Shown here: positions 17,101 to 32,880 of the stretch, piece by piece
Position numbering within the stretch: position 1 is the stretch's first letter
Layout: each line of letters begins with the position of its first letter
Assembly: GCF_009914755.1 (NCBI RefSeq)
Contig: NC_060939.1
Length of the DNA: 64,000 nt
Origin: the human T2T-CHM13v2.0 reference genome, Homo sapiens
Direction: 5' to 3' (one strand)
The notes under the pieces: generated by a model
Seen by the model: only the letters and a program-made list of their open reading frames with translations
What the model was told of the DNA's origin: nothing
The model's database searches: none
Position numbers and translations under genes: made by a program

Positions 17101-18836
17101 TTCCAGGGTGCAGGGTAGGCATAGCGCACACAGGCTGGTAAAGTTTCTGATCTTTTGACTTCCTGATCTTTTGAGCTGTTAATTAGATCTTACTCACTTT
17201 TGTCAAAAGATTTGTTATGAAGAATTGAGAACACCTAGAGTCTCAAATGTCTTTTTAAAATCATCAAATAAAGATTAGGTTAAATTCAACATAGGTTTAA
17301 GTTTTTGAACTTCAGTGGCAATCTAGTTGTAACATTCCATTTCCTGGCAATGGCAGATCATAAATCTTACTTATAAGCTCAGAAAGGAAGTTGTTCTTCC
17401 TCCACCCTCACCATTTAATCTGCTGTTTTGGGGCCAGTTATTTGATAAAGACCCACAACTGCTCTGTGGTGACCCCAAATCAGCACCCCTATAATGTGGC
17501 CCTGCTCTGGCTCAACCTTAGAACCTAGTCTCAGTTCCAAAGGGGTAGGAGTGGGCTGGCTACTCTGAGAAGGAACTTAAATTTCATGGTAATCTGGGGT
17601 ACTCCCCTGTCTCTTCCCCATGATGACTGAAAGCAGTTCCCTTGCACTGAATGGAATTCTATTGGCCAAATAAATATTGGCTCTATGTAGTATTTTAAAG
17701 TTTCTTGGGGCAGGGTACGCGAGCAGAGAAAAAAAGTAGGGGCCTGCCGAGCGCTTAGCAAGTGAGGCTGCAACTAAAAGCTACATGAAAGGGATGGAGC
17801 TATCTGCAGCAGACAGGGGCCTCTGAAAATACATGCAGCATTTTTCCAGAGTCCACAACTGCCCATTCAAAAACACTTTCTGGTAAGTGCCAGAGAAAGT
17901 GTTATGTGGGAGGTGGCATGGTACCAGCTTGCGATTGCCTCAGGCAAGCTGAGCACAATCTCCTTTAATATTGAAGAACTAGTCTCCAGCCTCTGACTGA
18001 GGGAGAAGAGGAGGGCTTCTAACACATTCTAAAATGGAATGGCAGAGATGGAAAGTGGTATTTATTGACTTCTAATTTGCCATCTGTCTGCCTTAATATT
18101 TGTCTGAAATACAAACATGACAAAGGAAGAGCAAGTCTTTATGAAGGCTATTTGGCTTTCCACCCCAAGCCTATAGGCGTCATGACAATGGAGAGGCCAG
18201 CTCTCTCACCGCTGGCTGTCTGGTCCTCTGTCAGCCACTGTGAAAGGGGTCACAGGGAAAGCGTTAACAGATCAATGCCTTTGGCTGTGTGCTCCCTTTT
18301 CCCACAGCGATCGCCCAGGATGCCTTAAAAATAATCTCTCCTTTTCACGCAGAGTAGATTTGCAGGTCTGGAGTCCGTAAAGCCAATTTTCATTTTTAAT
18401 CCGGTTTGAGCCCATCTCATTAATCAGTCAAGTCTTCCTTTTCACACTTGCCTTGGGATACAAAGAGAGCCCAGTTATGAGCTGTTAATTAGCTATTAGG
18501 GGACTGGGAAACTTCCAAGGGGTCATTATTCACAGTGAGGCTAATACTTATTTAATTAGAACTATTCCTTTCCTGTCATAAATCCCTAGTTAAAATAAAT
18601 GTAGCTCAAAATGTCAGCTCAGCTTAAAAGAAACTAGTGGTTAATTCAAATTCTGCTGATTTTTTATGGGACAAATGTTTGAACAATAGTGCAATCCTGC
18701 CAAGCCAAGCATAGTAAGACCCAAGTCTAATCAGAACTGGCACTTAGGGGTTGTATATGTGTGTGTTTTGACGGAGAATGTTCATGAGACCAAGAAAGTG
18801 GGCTCCCTTTGATCATCAATCACCCTCTCACATACA

Positions 18837-19216
<380 letters not shown>

Positions 19217-19409
19217 TAAAGCAGCATCATCTTTATAGACACTCGTGTGCAGTGTATATGCAGCTTATAACACGGCCACACATCCTTAAAACTGGGATTA
19301 ACTGAGGCACTTGAAGGAGAGTGTGCTGGATAATGAAGTTTGTATTTAGACAAGCGTTCACAGAAAGCTTTTGCTTTCCTACTGCTATTGAAGCTTTTGA
19401 AAAAGAAGT

Positions 19410-19922
19410 TTCTATGTTTTCTTCCAGTTCCAGTTGTCTATTGTTATATAACAAACTACCACACAATTTAGTGGCTTAAAACAACCACCATTTTATTTGT
19501 GAGTCATAAATTTGGAGAGGGCTCTACTAGGCAGTCATTCAGTTCTATATTGCTTCTGCTGGTTTCACTTGGCTACATTTCAAAAGGTGTTACCACATCT
19601 GGTACCTCAGTGCTATTCCACCCTGACCCTCTTTCTGTCTCTCTTATTATGGCTAGTGTGGGCTCTTCACAGACTGGTGGCCACAGGGTAGGTAGATGTC
19701 TTGCATGGTGGCTGTGTTTCAAGAAAGTGTTGCAAGTCACATAGAAAAGCTGAAAAATCTCTTAAGGGTCAGCCTTGGAAATTACTAAGTGTCACTTCTA
19801 CTGCATTCTATTGGTCAAAATAACTACAAGGCCAGCCCAGATTCAAGAGAAGGGGAAATTTATGTCAACTCTCAATGGCCTCCCAATGACAAAGAATGTG
19901 TGGCCATCTTTATGGCACCACA
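19410..19922 (-). mobile_element. MLT1 (F/H-like) LTR
   Basis: acaaactaccacacaatttagtggcttaaaacaac; cacttctactgcattctattggtcaaa. Confidence 0.75.
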
Positions 19923-20054
19923 CGGAACTCACCGCCTGCAAAATCTGCATTTTGTTTGTTGATTAAGGAGTGTGTGGTACCTCCAGACCATAATTTAAGA
20001 TGTGAATGATGATTGCCTAGTTCTGCAGATGCAGGAAATGTGGTGAATCCCAGC

Positions 20055-20640
20055 ATCAGTTAAAGATGCTTTCAGCTGTGAAAAACAGAAAACCTAATTC
20101 AAATCAGTTAACGTCATATGACATTTCTTTGCTTACAAGGCAGGAAGTCCAGAGGTGGGGGGTGTTCCTCAGGGTTGGTTGAGCCAATGTCTTAGTGATG
20201 TCATTAAGTGATGTCTCATTACTCTCATTCTCTTCTGTGACATTCCCAGGGTTGGCTGGTTGGCTTCATCCTAAGTCTGGCTCTTCTTACGGTGGGATGG
20301 CTATCAGTAGTCATTGTGGCTGCTTTCTTTCTTATTCACATTCAGTGAGAGAGAGACTACTATTTGTGGTTCTTTCTTAAAACTGAGAAAGAAGCTTCCA
20401 GAAGACATTATCAAATCTATTCTCTAGTCTTATTGACCAGAATTGGCTCACATGGCCATTTCTGAACCAATCACTGCCAAGAGGAAAGTGATATTCATAT
20501 GCTAGTTTGTCCCATTCTGGATCTGAGGGTGGGATCAGCATCTTTGAGACATGGGCTGTAGGAAACAAAAATCAAAGTGGGGATTATATTGGTAAAAAAA
20601 AAAAGAAGGCAATCGATTTTGTATATGCAACCAAGAATGT
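20055..20640 (-). mobile_element. MLT1J/K-like LTR
   Basis: gatgctttcagctgtgaaaaacagaaaacc; tattgaccagaattggctcacatggcca. Confidence 0.7.
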
Positions 20641-22969
20641 CATTGTATTGCTTTAAAAATAATTTTGGGGCATCGATTCATTTTCCTAAGAGAAAAAATA
20701 AAAATTCCTTTTGAGAGTTCAGTTTAGGGAGAAATTAATTGTAGAACGAGCAACATTATGGAGACAGACCTGGTTAGAATTCTGTTTTCCTACTGAGAGA
20801 GTAATCTCCCTAAAGTCTCCATCTTCCCTCCGTTGAACCAGGATAACAGTACATGCTTCTTAGGGTCAGAATTAAAAAGTGATAATGTGTGCAGGATACC
20901 AAGACAAAGTAAATAGTCCTAATTTGAGAATACATGAGTACACAAATGGGAGGTTCCCCTGATCAGACAGTGGGGTATTTCCGAAGGTCTATGGGTGGAG
21001 GGGATGTGGAGCACAGTCGTATCTGAAAGCTCAGAATGCAAACTTTCGCAACTAGAACCATCTGGAGTGAGAGGGGTGGTGATACAGAGCTGGGACAGAT
21101 TTCTCTGGGTGTTTCCTCCCCTACAGCATGTTTTTTAGAAGTGAAATCAGGTTACGAAGAGCACTAAGGCAGCTTTGAAGGGGAAGTCCTGAGAGAACAG
21201 GCTGCAGCTTCGGGGTGTGAGTATGTGTTGTATGCTTGTTGGGGACTGGGGGTGTGGAGAACAGCAGGCCCACTTACTTGGCCTTGCCTGATGGCAGATT
21301 AGGTCAATAGTGGATGGCCTCACCTCCTCCACAACTCCTGCCTCTGAGTCACCTCTCAGCCAGGGAACATATGGCAATGTCATGAAGCTCAGGCTATGCT
21401 CTGGGCCCATTTACCCAACCCAAAGCATGATTACTCTGTATCTCTCTGAGTCTCATTGTTCCCCACCTCCTACAAAGGAAGAGTACTCTCTCCCTCCCTC
21501 TCTATTGTTCCCTCCCAGTGCCGGCAGGGCCTTTATCCTCTGTGAGTATGTTTGGAAACTAAAGTAAGAGATTCTTGGGGAGAAGTTTCCATCCAGGCAT
21601 CATTCACTCAATTTTTTTTTGCATGTGTGTTACCTTAGCCAATGTGCCAATGTATTTGATGCTCTACAAGAGGTAGAAGTGAGAGGTACTGTGTTCTTCA
21701 AAGGTGAAAAATAAGCCCCAGATGTTTCAAACAGCAGCTGAGTCACAAAACACTTTCAAAAATGTCCTCTGACTAGCCCAGACGATGCAGAAAGATAATG
21801 TGAAAAATATTCACCTTAAAGAGGAGGATTTTAATGTTGCCCATAAAGTTAATCATATTTCAAATGTTTGAGACAATTTTTGGTATGTTTTAGGGAGACA
21901 CCAGACCTGAAATGAATGCTAGAGGCTGGCTGAGTTGCAACAAAAGAGCAGGGAATCTTTTAATAGTGAATGTCAATAGGCAGCAGGCCATCTCCATGCC
22001 TTCTGCCCTCTTTGTCTTTACAAACACCATAAGGTAGGTGTGAATATCCCATTTCACAGAAGAGGAAACTGGGGTTTAGGGAGTCAATGTCAGACAGTAG
22101 TGATTGACCAAGTCAATCGCAGTTTGTGTGTTACACCAGTTCCCATTGATACAATAACGTTTGTTCATCCATGTTTAGCTCATCGTATAAGATGAGTTAA
22201 TCACAAATAGGGAAACGTGAGTTCCTGCCCTAGCTCTGCCCCCTTACTAACAGGTAGGCGCTGGGTGAATGCCATTTCCTCTCTCTGGGTGAATGGGCTG
22301 ACTAGATGGTCTCTGAAAGCAGAATCAGCTCTGAAAAGTCAAGGTTGCGTTAGCTCTTTTGCATCCTCATCCGTGTGCTCTTTTAGCTCAGTCATGCCCA
22401 TCTGGTCTCCTGAAGGGGTGTGGCTGGGCAGAGCCTCATGTAAATATTTGGGTGGAAGGAGAGCCTCATGAGATGTTTCTTGACCGGGAGAGCCGCCTTG
22501 ACCAGGCCTCCCAGGGGGCAGCCACTGGGAGTGGTTTCTCTCCATGAATCACCTGGGGCTGCAATGTGGGAGCCCTTTCTGCTTTCACCGTAAAAATCAC
22601 GTTGCTGAATGCATGTAGATTAAAAAATAAATGAGATTTCTTTGCTTTGAGGTATTATGAAACATAACATGTATTCCTAAAAACAATTTTGCTATTTGTG
22701 TAAGGCAATGTGTAAATGAGGTCACACTGGCATGCCCTGGCTGTTTACAGACTGTGAGAGGTGGAGTCAGAGAGTGAAGCAAGCGGGTGAGGTTCATGGA
22801 CCGGCTTCTCAGGGATGGTGGCTTTGAGAAAGGGAAGGAAAGTTCTAGGCATCACATAGCTGTTTGAAACATTTTTATGATAGATTAAAGCTAAAAAGCC
22901 GGTGGAGGAGGAAAAATGCAAAGGACAAACTATGAAGACAATGAAGATACTTGTTAAAACTGGGATTTG

Positions 22970-23666
<697 letters not shown>

Positions 23667-23849
23667 TCATGGCAGCAGCTGTTTCTAAGGTACATGGGGT
23701 GAAAATCATATGACCTTCTTGCCAATATGAAATATACAAAATAAAAAACCCAGCACTGACCCGCTAGTATAAAGTGGAGGTAAAGCCTACCTTTGTCTAA
23801 ACTGAAAGCCACAAGACATAGGAAGATGTTCTCGCCTACCTAATGGGGG

Positions 23850-24200
23850 ATTTCCTTTAACAGCATCTATGACAAATGGATATTAGCCTTTTTGTGAACA
23901 ATTCCTGTGATGAGAAGCTTAACTACCATTCAAGGTACCCCAGTGACCTGTTGTTGAAAGATGTTCCTCTTTATATAGAGCTGAAAACTGCCTCCCAGTA
24001 ATTTCCACCCACGAGTTCTAATTCTGGAACTGTACATGGAAAGTCTATTTCCCCTTTCAGATGACAGACCTAATATTGTATGACCATTATTTGTCCCGCT
24101 TTTTCTTCTCTCTTCCTTCTCCTAAGTCTGTTTCTAGGCCTGAATTCTCTCAATTGCTTCTCAGTCTTAAATGTCTCCCAGATCCTTCTTCTAGAAATGC
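23850..24200. mobile_element. L3/CR1-like fragment
   Basis: gaaagatgttcct...ctgcctcccagtaatttccaccca resembles the L3 consensus. Confidence 0.5.
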
Positions 24201-24259
24201 CCTACATTTCAGTATCCCAGCTAAAGAAAGTTATCGGGGATGAACAGAAGATTACAGAT

Positions 24260-24660
<401 letters not shown>

Positions 24661-24669
24661 TTAGTCTCA

Positions 24670-24960
24670 ATATCTTATAGTAACTGAAAGAACTAGACAC
24701 AAAAGCTTACAGTCTGATTCCATTTATATGAAATCAGGAATAAGCCAAACAAACCCTTGGTGATGAAAATCAGAAAGTTATTTCTCTGGGGAGAAATAAG
24801 GGTAAATTCATTGGAAAGGCGCACAAGGGAATTTTCTGCAATGATAGAAATGTTCCTTATTTAGTTTGGGATAGAAGACTCATGGGTTTACAGTTCTCAA
24901 AATTCATCAATTTGATGTCTAATTTGTATATTTTACTGTATGTAAGTTGTACTTTAAAGA
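24670..24960 (+). mobile_element. L1ME-like 3' end
   Basis: tgattccatttatatgaaat...gatagaaatgttc...ttttactgtatgtaagtt. Confidence 0.7.
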
Positions 24961-25639
24961 AAGCTCATATTTTTCATACGGCAAACTGTTGTTTCCTCAA
25001 AATTTCTTTTCATTTATTTAGCTTGAGATATTTACAAGATAAAAAAGTGCCACAAATGTATATATCAAGAAGAGCAGCTGCCTGCTTTTCTATTGAAAGC
25101 CAATTAAGCGTGCACTGATTTTTCTTCTATATCATGCACTTCCACTTTTGTGCTGAAAGAAAAGTAAAACAAAATCTCAATCACAAGTAATATTTGAATG
25201 CCAACTACCTTCATAAAAACTAATTGCTCCTCGGAATTTCATTAAAACACAACGATTATAAAGTGATTAGAAAAATCTCTTTGCTGAACTGAAAGGTGAC
25301 CTATATGCCCATGGAATACAGGGAAGCAGTACTTTTTAAACAAATGTTAATTAAATAAAAGCACATGGTGATAGAGGTTTCTTTATAGGTTCTGCAGTAC
25401 AAAGAGGAGGTCTTTTTAAAAAGCAAATTTTCAAAGACTTTCTTTTCTATTATTTTTGACTGAGAATTTGAACGTTAGCTCAGCCCACTAAAGCGGCAAG
25501 AGACACATTTTCCAGAGATCAGAAAGAACTCTCTCTTCAGTCAGTAATTGGGACCATTTTCAAAGTTTAGCCCCCAAGTGATCCAAATCCTTGATTAAAG
25601 AAAAAAGCCAGTGGAGCCCCATAACCCCAGTCTTACCAC

Positions 25640-26040
25640 AATAAAACAACAGACCAATTCCATTATAGGCGCATCCTTTGATACACCTGACCGGTACTCC
25701 TCAGAACTGTCAAGGTCATCAAAAACAAGGTAAGTCTAAGAAACTGCCACAGTTAAGAGGAGCCTAAGCAGACATAAGGACTAAATGTCCTATGTACCCT
25801 GGGTGGAATTCTGAAACACAAAAAGGACATTAGGGAAAAACTGAGGCAATTGGAAGGAAAAAAAAAACCCATGATCTTTCATGAATAATAATGTATTAAT
25901 ATTACTTCATTAATTATAACAAATATATTTAATATTCTAATGTAAGATGTTAATAATAGGGGAAACTGGGTGAGACGGGCATGAGAACCTTCTGTGCCAC
26001 CTTCTCAATTTTTGTAGTCTAAAATTAGGTCTAAAAAATA
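25640..26040 (+). mobile_element. L1MC-like 3' end
   Basis: actgtcaaggtcatcaaaaacaagg; taatgtaagatgttaataataggggaaactggg. Confidence 0.8.
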
Positions 26041-26426
26041 GGCTACTAAACAGTTTGCATAGTATTAAAAAAAGTCCAGAAGGTTACCCACCAAAATTTT
26101 TTCAGAGTTTACGTATTTCCAGAAAGAGATGACAGTCTTTTTTTTTAATATACGAAAAAAAGGCCACAGCAGCAGGTGCTTCTACCCTGAACCCTTTGCA
26201 TACTTCTTCGGGAATTGGGGAGGGCAGTATTAGTTTCTGATGTATACTTTGACTCTGCAAGGACTCACACCTGATGAATATGAGTTTGAGTTTTGATCCT
26301 AAATCAAGTGTTCCATATTTTGGCCAACATTTGGTAATGCTAGTCTTTTTGATATGAGTAACTTTAGTGGGAATGGTGTCTCATCTTGGTTTTAATTTGT
26401 ATTTTCCTGATGACAACTGATGTTAA

Positions 26427-26973
<547 letters not shown>

Positions 26974-26999
26974 CCTTCAGTGTCTTGATCATTCATTTT

Positions 27000-29570
27000 T
27001 GGTTTGTTTTGATGGTGAATTGAAGAGTTCTTTGTTAACTGTCCATCTATTTTGCCCCTAGGCATGCTGTGTTTTCTTAACCTTCTCCATGGCTGTCTTG
27101 GCCTGGCCCTCTGGACTGCTCCAACTTTGCTGTTCATTGTGATCATTGGATCTATCTGATTTTTGACAGCTACACATCATCATCTGTCCTCTATTCCCCC
27201 TACCCCCACTGGGTAGCAGGGTGATTGTGATCATCTCTATTGCTATCAGTTAGCTTAGTTCTGTGTTCTGTGATCACCTTTTCTACCGTTACCGATGACC
27301 TATGAAGAAGAGGCATCACTGTGCTTTTTAGTGATGCTGGTGTGCCTGCATCTGTACTGCTTATGGCTTTCCTGTGCACTGTAATCATTTGGTGAGTATC
27401 CTGGCCTCACGTGGTAGATCTACTCCAGCATGCCCACTTCTGTGAATCTTTCAATCCCTTCTTCCAGCAGCTGCTAGAGTAATTCTGGCATTTCACCCTC
27501 CCTTAGTGGGAGCCATTGCTTTTCCCATGCATCTAAGAAGTAGCCTAGAGACTAGAATATACCATTGCTTAGGGTCCTTGCCAGAATGTTCAAATCTGCA
27601 TTTCAGAAACATACTCCTAAACCAATAAACTTTTTATAAGCCAAAAATAAAATTATAAGTCGCTCAATTGATTGAATCGATCCCTTCTCTCTGCCAAGTG
27701 AATTCCCAAGTAAACCTGAAAAACTAGTTCAAGCCATGATGGAAAGGGGGAGTTGGGCATGCCTCATTAGACACTCCTCTCCCTTTGGAGTTCAGGCACA
27801 ACTGACCAGCATTAAGATTGAAACAGAGATCTTAAGACTGACAAAACAGACTGTTTGTAGCAATAAGATACTAAATTCCAACTTGACTCTAGGATAACAT
27901 CACATGACAGATAGCAGGCCTTGAAAGCAGTCAGAATATTTTACTCCAAAATATATTTCTTTGACATATTTTGAAATGGCCATGCAAAGCTGTCTCTTAA
28001 GGGGAAAATCTACATTTTGTAGAGAATCCCTTTCCCTTTCCAGGTCTTTTCCTGATACAGGAGAGATTACCAATCTAGTGCCTTTTTAGGTCTGACAAGA
28101 GACATTTACCCTCTATTCTCTCTGAAGCCTGCTTCCTAGAGGCTTCATCTACATAATAAGAACCTTGGTCTCCACAACACTTTATCTTAACCCAGACACT
28201 GCTTTCTATTGATTCCAAGTCTTTAGATTAATAACTCTTGCAACCAACTGCCAGTCAGAAAATCTTTGAATCCACCTATGACCTGGAAGCCCCTCACCCC
28301 CAACTTTGAGTTGTCTCATCTTTCCAGACTGAGCCAATGTACACCTTACATGTATCGATTAATGTCTGCCTGTAACTCTGTCCCCCTAAAATGTATAAAA
28401 TCAAGCTGTAACCCAACCACCTTGGGCATATGTTCTCAGGACCTCGTGAGACTATGCCTTGAACCTTCATCACTTGTATTTGGCTCAGAATGAATCCCTT
28501 CAAATATTTTACAGAGTTTGACTTATTTTGTCGACATTTTTCTTATTCAGTATTATGTTCTAGCCTCTTTGATCAAGTAACTCAGAATCCAGTCCCATGT
28601 GTGGACATGCTAGGTGGATCTCCTTGGTGTGTAGTCCCTTTTCTCTTTTGCTGGGCCCAGCACATCTGCAGCTGGGTTAAGCTGCAACTTATTCCTAATT
28701 AGAAGACACAGTTAGAGGCCCAGTGGCCTGGAGGGGAGATAGAGGCCTGTGCATTGTCTTCAAGTAGGAGTGGTCCTAGCTCTTAACAGAGAGAGGTGGT
28801 TCACTTTCTTCTTCAGATGGAGAAGATTTAGAGGAATCTGGGAACTCAAGAGTGTAGGGAAAATCAACCCATATATTCCATTTCACCTCACAGGTCAGGA
28901 TTCATTTTTCCCCAACCACATTCCTAACTTTGACATAACAGACCTGCCTTGATTAAGAGTTTTAGCCCTCCCTGGAGTTCTGGCAAAAATCACCACTAAG
29001 ACATGGGTCTGTACCTGGGCCTCAACTTTTCCTGCCCTCTCTCTTCAGGTGAGGAAAGCCTCTTTACCTTCCTAAAGACCCTCTGACTTTAACGCTGGCT
29101 TTCAATAGCCTATTAATTGCTCTCAGCCTTTTGTTGAGCTAAATTCTTTCTGTAAAGCTTCAATGGAGTATAGCAACACCGTCCTATCTCACTTCCCTAA
29201 GATTACTCTTTCCCCTATATTATTCTAACACTGAGTACATAGCACCAGCTATTGTACTCCCTTTTCCCTATGCACCATTCTAATTCACCACAGAGGAAGT
29301 TTTAGTCATTGGAACAGGGGCTGTCTGTGCTCCTCTGCCTCCAGTGATGGGGTCTTCATTGCTAGCCAGGTGATGAGTGAGCCTGCTCCTAAGCATCATT
29401 TCATTGCCTGCTTTCTTGGACCACTCTTGGCACTGTTGGGATGCTTCAGAGGCTGAATTCTCTGGGAAGCAGACTCTGAGATAAAGGTCAGTCTGCAGGA
29501 TATTTATTAGGGAGTGTCCCTGAGACCATTTGTGGAAGGACAAAGGAGAAAGCAGGATTGAGTAGTAGAA
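27000..29570 (-). mobile_element. Decayed ERVL-class provirus 5' part (partial LTR about 29445-29570, leader, gag relic; ERV3-16A3/HERV16-like), split by MER4D
   Basis: LTR-like ctgggaagcagactctgaga...tttattagggagtg; minus-strand leader gccaagagtggtccaagaaagcag; gag-like WIL...FIGLG relic rejoins across the MER4D insertion. Confidence 0.65.
27635..28536 (+). mobile_element. MER4D-like solo LTR (ERV1)
   Basis: ccaaaaataaaatt...cctgaaaaactagttca start, ttttacagagtttgac...tcgaca end, 4-bp TSD tttt. Confidence 0.88.
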
Positions 29571-29633
29571 TTATTCATTTAAAATTTTATATTACAAGAA
29601 TTATACGATCATTGCAGAAAACTTAGCAAATAA

Positions 29634-30000
<367 letters not shown>

Positions 30001-30184
30001 ATTTTTTATACATTCTTATATGCATGTATATATAATTCCTTTTAAAATAATGGTTTCAAACTGTACTTAATGTTTCATAATCGACTTTTCTCATGCATAT
30101 ATTATGAACATTTTTCATGACAGCGAATACAATCTATTTTGTCATTTTAGTAGCTGCAGAGAGAGGCTTACACATCCTATGAAA

Positions 30185-30420
30185 GGTTGTATAATGTAAA
30201 TTTAAGAGAGCTGACTCAGACCAGACCGCCTAGATGCAGATATTAGCTCTGCATTGACTAGCTTTATGACCTGGTTAGCGAACCTCTCTGTTCCTCAGTT
30301 CCATCATCTGTGAAATGCTGACAGTAATTGTAGTACCTATCTGTTGGGAGGCTTAGATGAGTTAATATATGCAAGGAGTTAAGAACAGAGCCAGGCGTTC
30401 TATAAGTGCTATGTAGGTGG
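30185..30420 (+). mobile_element. MIR
   Basis: cctctctgttcctcagttccatcatctgtgaaatg core. Confidence 0.8.
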
Positions 30421-30506
30421 TGTTAGTGCTTTCTATAAAACACCATCATTTAATTGACCAAAGTCCCTTCATTCTGATTTTTTTTTTGTTTTTTTTTTTT
30501 GGATAA

Positions 30507-30549
30507 TGTTGTGATGGATTCTCTTCTTCTTCTTCTTCTTCTTCTTCTT

Positions 30550-30580
<31 letters not shown>

Positions 30581-30707
30581 TTCTTCTTCCTCTTCTTCTT
30601 CTTCCTCTTCTTCTTCTTCTTGTTTTGATGGATTCTCTTCTTCTTCTTCTTCTTCTTTTTCTTCTTCTTCCTTCTTCCTTCTTCCTCTTCCTCTTCCTCT
30701 TCTTCTT
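30507..30707. repeat. Compound (CTT)n/(GAA)n microsatellite with duplicated flank
   Basis: Pure (CTT)19 at 30523-30579; tgtt(g/t)tgatggattctcttcttc recurs at 30507 and 30621. Confidence 0.97.
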
Positions 30708-30994
30708 TTTTTTTGAGACAGAGTCTCACTCTGTCACCCAGGCTGGAGTGCAGTGGTGCCATCTCGGCTCACTGCAAGCTCCGCCTCCTGGGTTCATGCC
30801 ATTCTCCTGCCTCAGTCTCCTGAGTAGCTGGGACTGCGGGCGCCCGCCACCACGCCTGGCTAATTTTTTGTATTTTTAGTAGAGATGGGGTTTCACCGTA
30901 TTAGCCAGGATGGTCTCGTCTCCTGACCTCGTGATCCACCTGCCTCGGCCTCCCAAAGTGCTGGGATTACAGGTGTGAGCCAGCGCGCCCGGCC
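30708..30994 (-). mobile_element. AluY
   Basis: gcaagctccgcc, gccattctcc and ttagccaggatggtctcg diagnostics; CpGs relatively retained. Confidence 0.93.
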
Positions 30995-31408
30995 AATAGA
31001 TACACTTCTTCTTGGGGTGGGTCAGGGACATTTGTTTGCCTATTCCCTCAGATACCTTCCTAGAATTAAGATTGCTGTGCTAAAAGGCAAGTGCATTAAA
31101 AAAAATTTTTTTTTGATATTTGTTGCCAGACAAGCCAATTACATCATTCGTTGAACCAATTTCCAGAAACAGCGCGATAGTATTTTCTCATACTATCGCC
31201 AACACAAGTATAATCATACGTATAAACACTTGTTAGTCTGCTAAGTGGAAAATGAGGTTTTAATTTACATTTATTACTAGAGGGGTTGAACTTTTCATAA
31301 TTTTGTCCATTCTGTTTCTTTTTTCAAATGGCTACTTATGGCCTCTGCCTATTTTTCCAATGAGTGTTACTTTTTTTTAATATAAAATAACTATACATTA
31401 AGCGTACT

Positions 31409-31772
31409 TGTATTAGTCCGTTTTCACACTGCTAATAAAGACATACCCGATACTGGAAAGGAAAAGAGGTTTAATTGGACTTACAGTTCCATGTGGCTGG
31501 GGAGGCCTCAGAGTCATGGCAGGAGGTGAAAGGTACTTCTTATACTTCTTACATGGTGGCGGCAAGAGAAAAATGAGGAAGAAGCAAAAGCAGAAACCCC
31601 TGATAAGTCCATCAGATCTCGAGAGACTTATTCACTGTCATGAGAATATCATGGGAAAGATGAGCCCCCATGATTCGATTACCTCCCCCTAGGTCCCTCC
31701 CACAACATGTGGAAATTCTGGGAGATACAATTCAAGTTGAGATTTGGGTGGGGACACACCCAAACCATATCA
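31409..31772 (-). mobile_element. THE1 (C-like) solo LTR
   Basis: tgtattagtccgttttcacactgct...caaaccatatca; TSD gtact/gtatt. Confidence 0.93.
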
Positions 31773-32439
31773 GTATTCTATCACGTTTTGCAAATCTTAC
31801 ATATAAAGCTGACTCATGAAACTTTAATATTGAAGTTTGAGTTAGGCATTATAGCTAGGTTGGGTATGAAAGAGATTACTTTTAAGGGGACTAGTGAACC
31901 TTGGTGAAGGGTATGTGGAAGTTCTTTCTATGATTCTTCCATTTTTTTCTCTTGTTTGAAATTATATCAAAATAAGAAGCTCCAACAACCCCCCACTCCA
32001 CACACACAGCAAATTGATTTATGGGGTAATTGGTGCCCCCACTAACCACACAGCTACCTACCTATTTTTTTTTTCCATTATGTTCGTGGCTGTTGTAATA
32101 GAGAGACCCCACGGCCATGTCTGTGGGCAGCCTGGGAAAAGTCTACAAGCTACCCCTACTGAGATCAGCTACATCAAGCTCTGCTCTCCCCTGGCCAGAA
32201 CCTGGGTCTGCTGAAATAATCATACCCTTTTGGTCTGCTATCATGTGCTCAGTATGCTGCTTGAAACGCTTAAGACCCTGTAGGCCTTCCTAGCCTCTTT
32301 GGTTAGGAAGTCCCCTCCTTCTCACTGGTCCCAGGAGGATAAGGGGTGGCAATGCAGCTTGCTTCTGTTTCCTCCATCCCTCATCTGTCTGTGCTGCTTA
32401 TGCAAAGGCCTACTCACTTAGAGGAGAAAGACTCCACTC

Positions 32440-32880
32440 TTAGTTCCATCTCTGCAGCTAGAAAGTTAGTCCTTAGGCAGACTGACATACCTGCAGAAAC
32501 AACCCCCCAACTCTTTATGGCTTAATTTAATAAAAATTTGTGCTACCTATCCAACATGAGCTGTGGAGGATTGGGGTCAAGAAGCATGGGGTTAGTGATG
32601 ATTCTATGATGGCTGTCCTCCACATACTTACCCAGGGATTCAGTCTAGCAGAGGCTCTGCCACCCATCATGTTACCAGCTACCACAGCAAAGGAAGAGAC
32701 AAGCATAGAGAAATTATACTCACTTTTCTCTACCTTGGCTCTAAGGGGTCACATATGATTTTCACTCACATCTCATTGGCCTCAATGGTCACAAGGCCTT
32801 GCCTAACTGCAAGGTGGCTGGAGAATGCAGGGAGGGCCATAGAACATGTGTGAACCTTGCTGTCTCTGCCCGCTCCCAGG
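32440..32880 (-). mobile_element. Old MLT1 LTR
   Basis: cactcacatctcattggcc...ctaactgcaaggtggctggagaatg. Confidence 0.6.

Noticed and set aside
30469-30879. Poly-Lys and poly-Leu ORFs
   Set aside because: Artefacts of the CTT/GAA microsatellite and the AluY.
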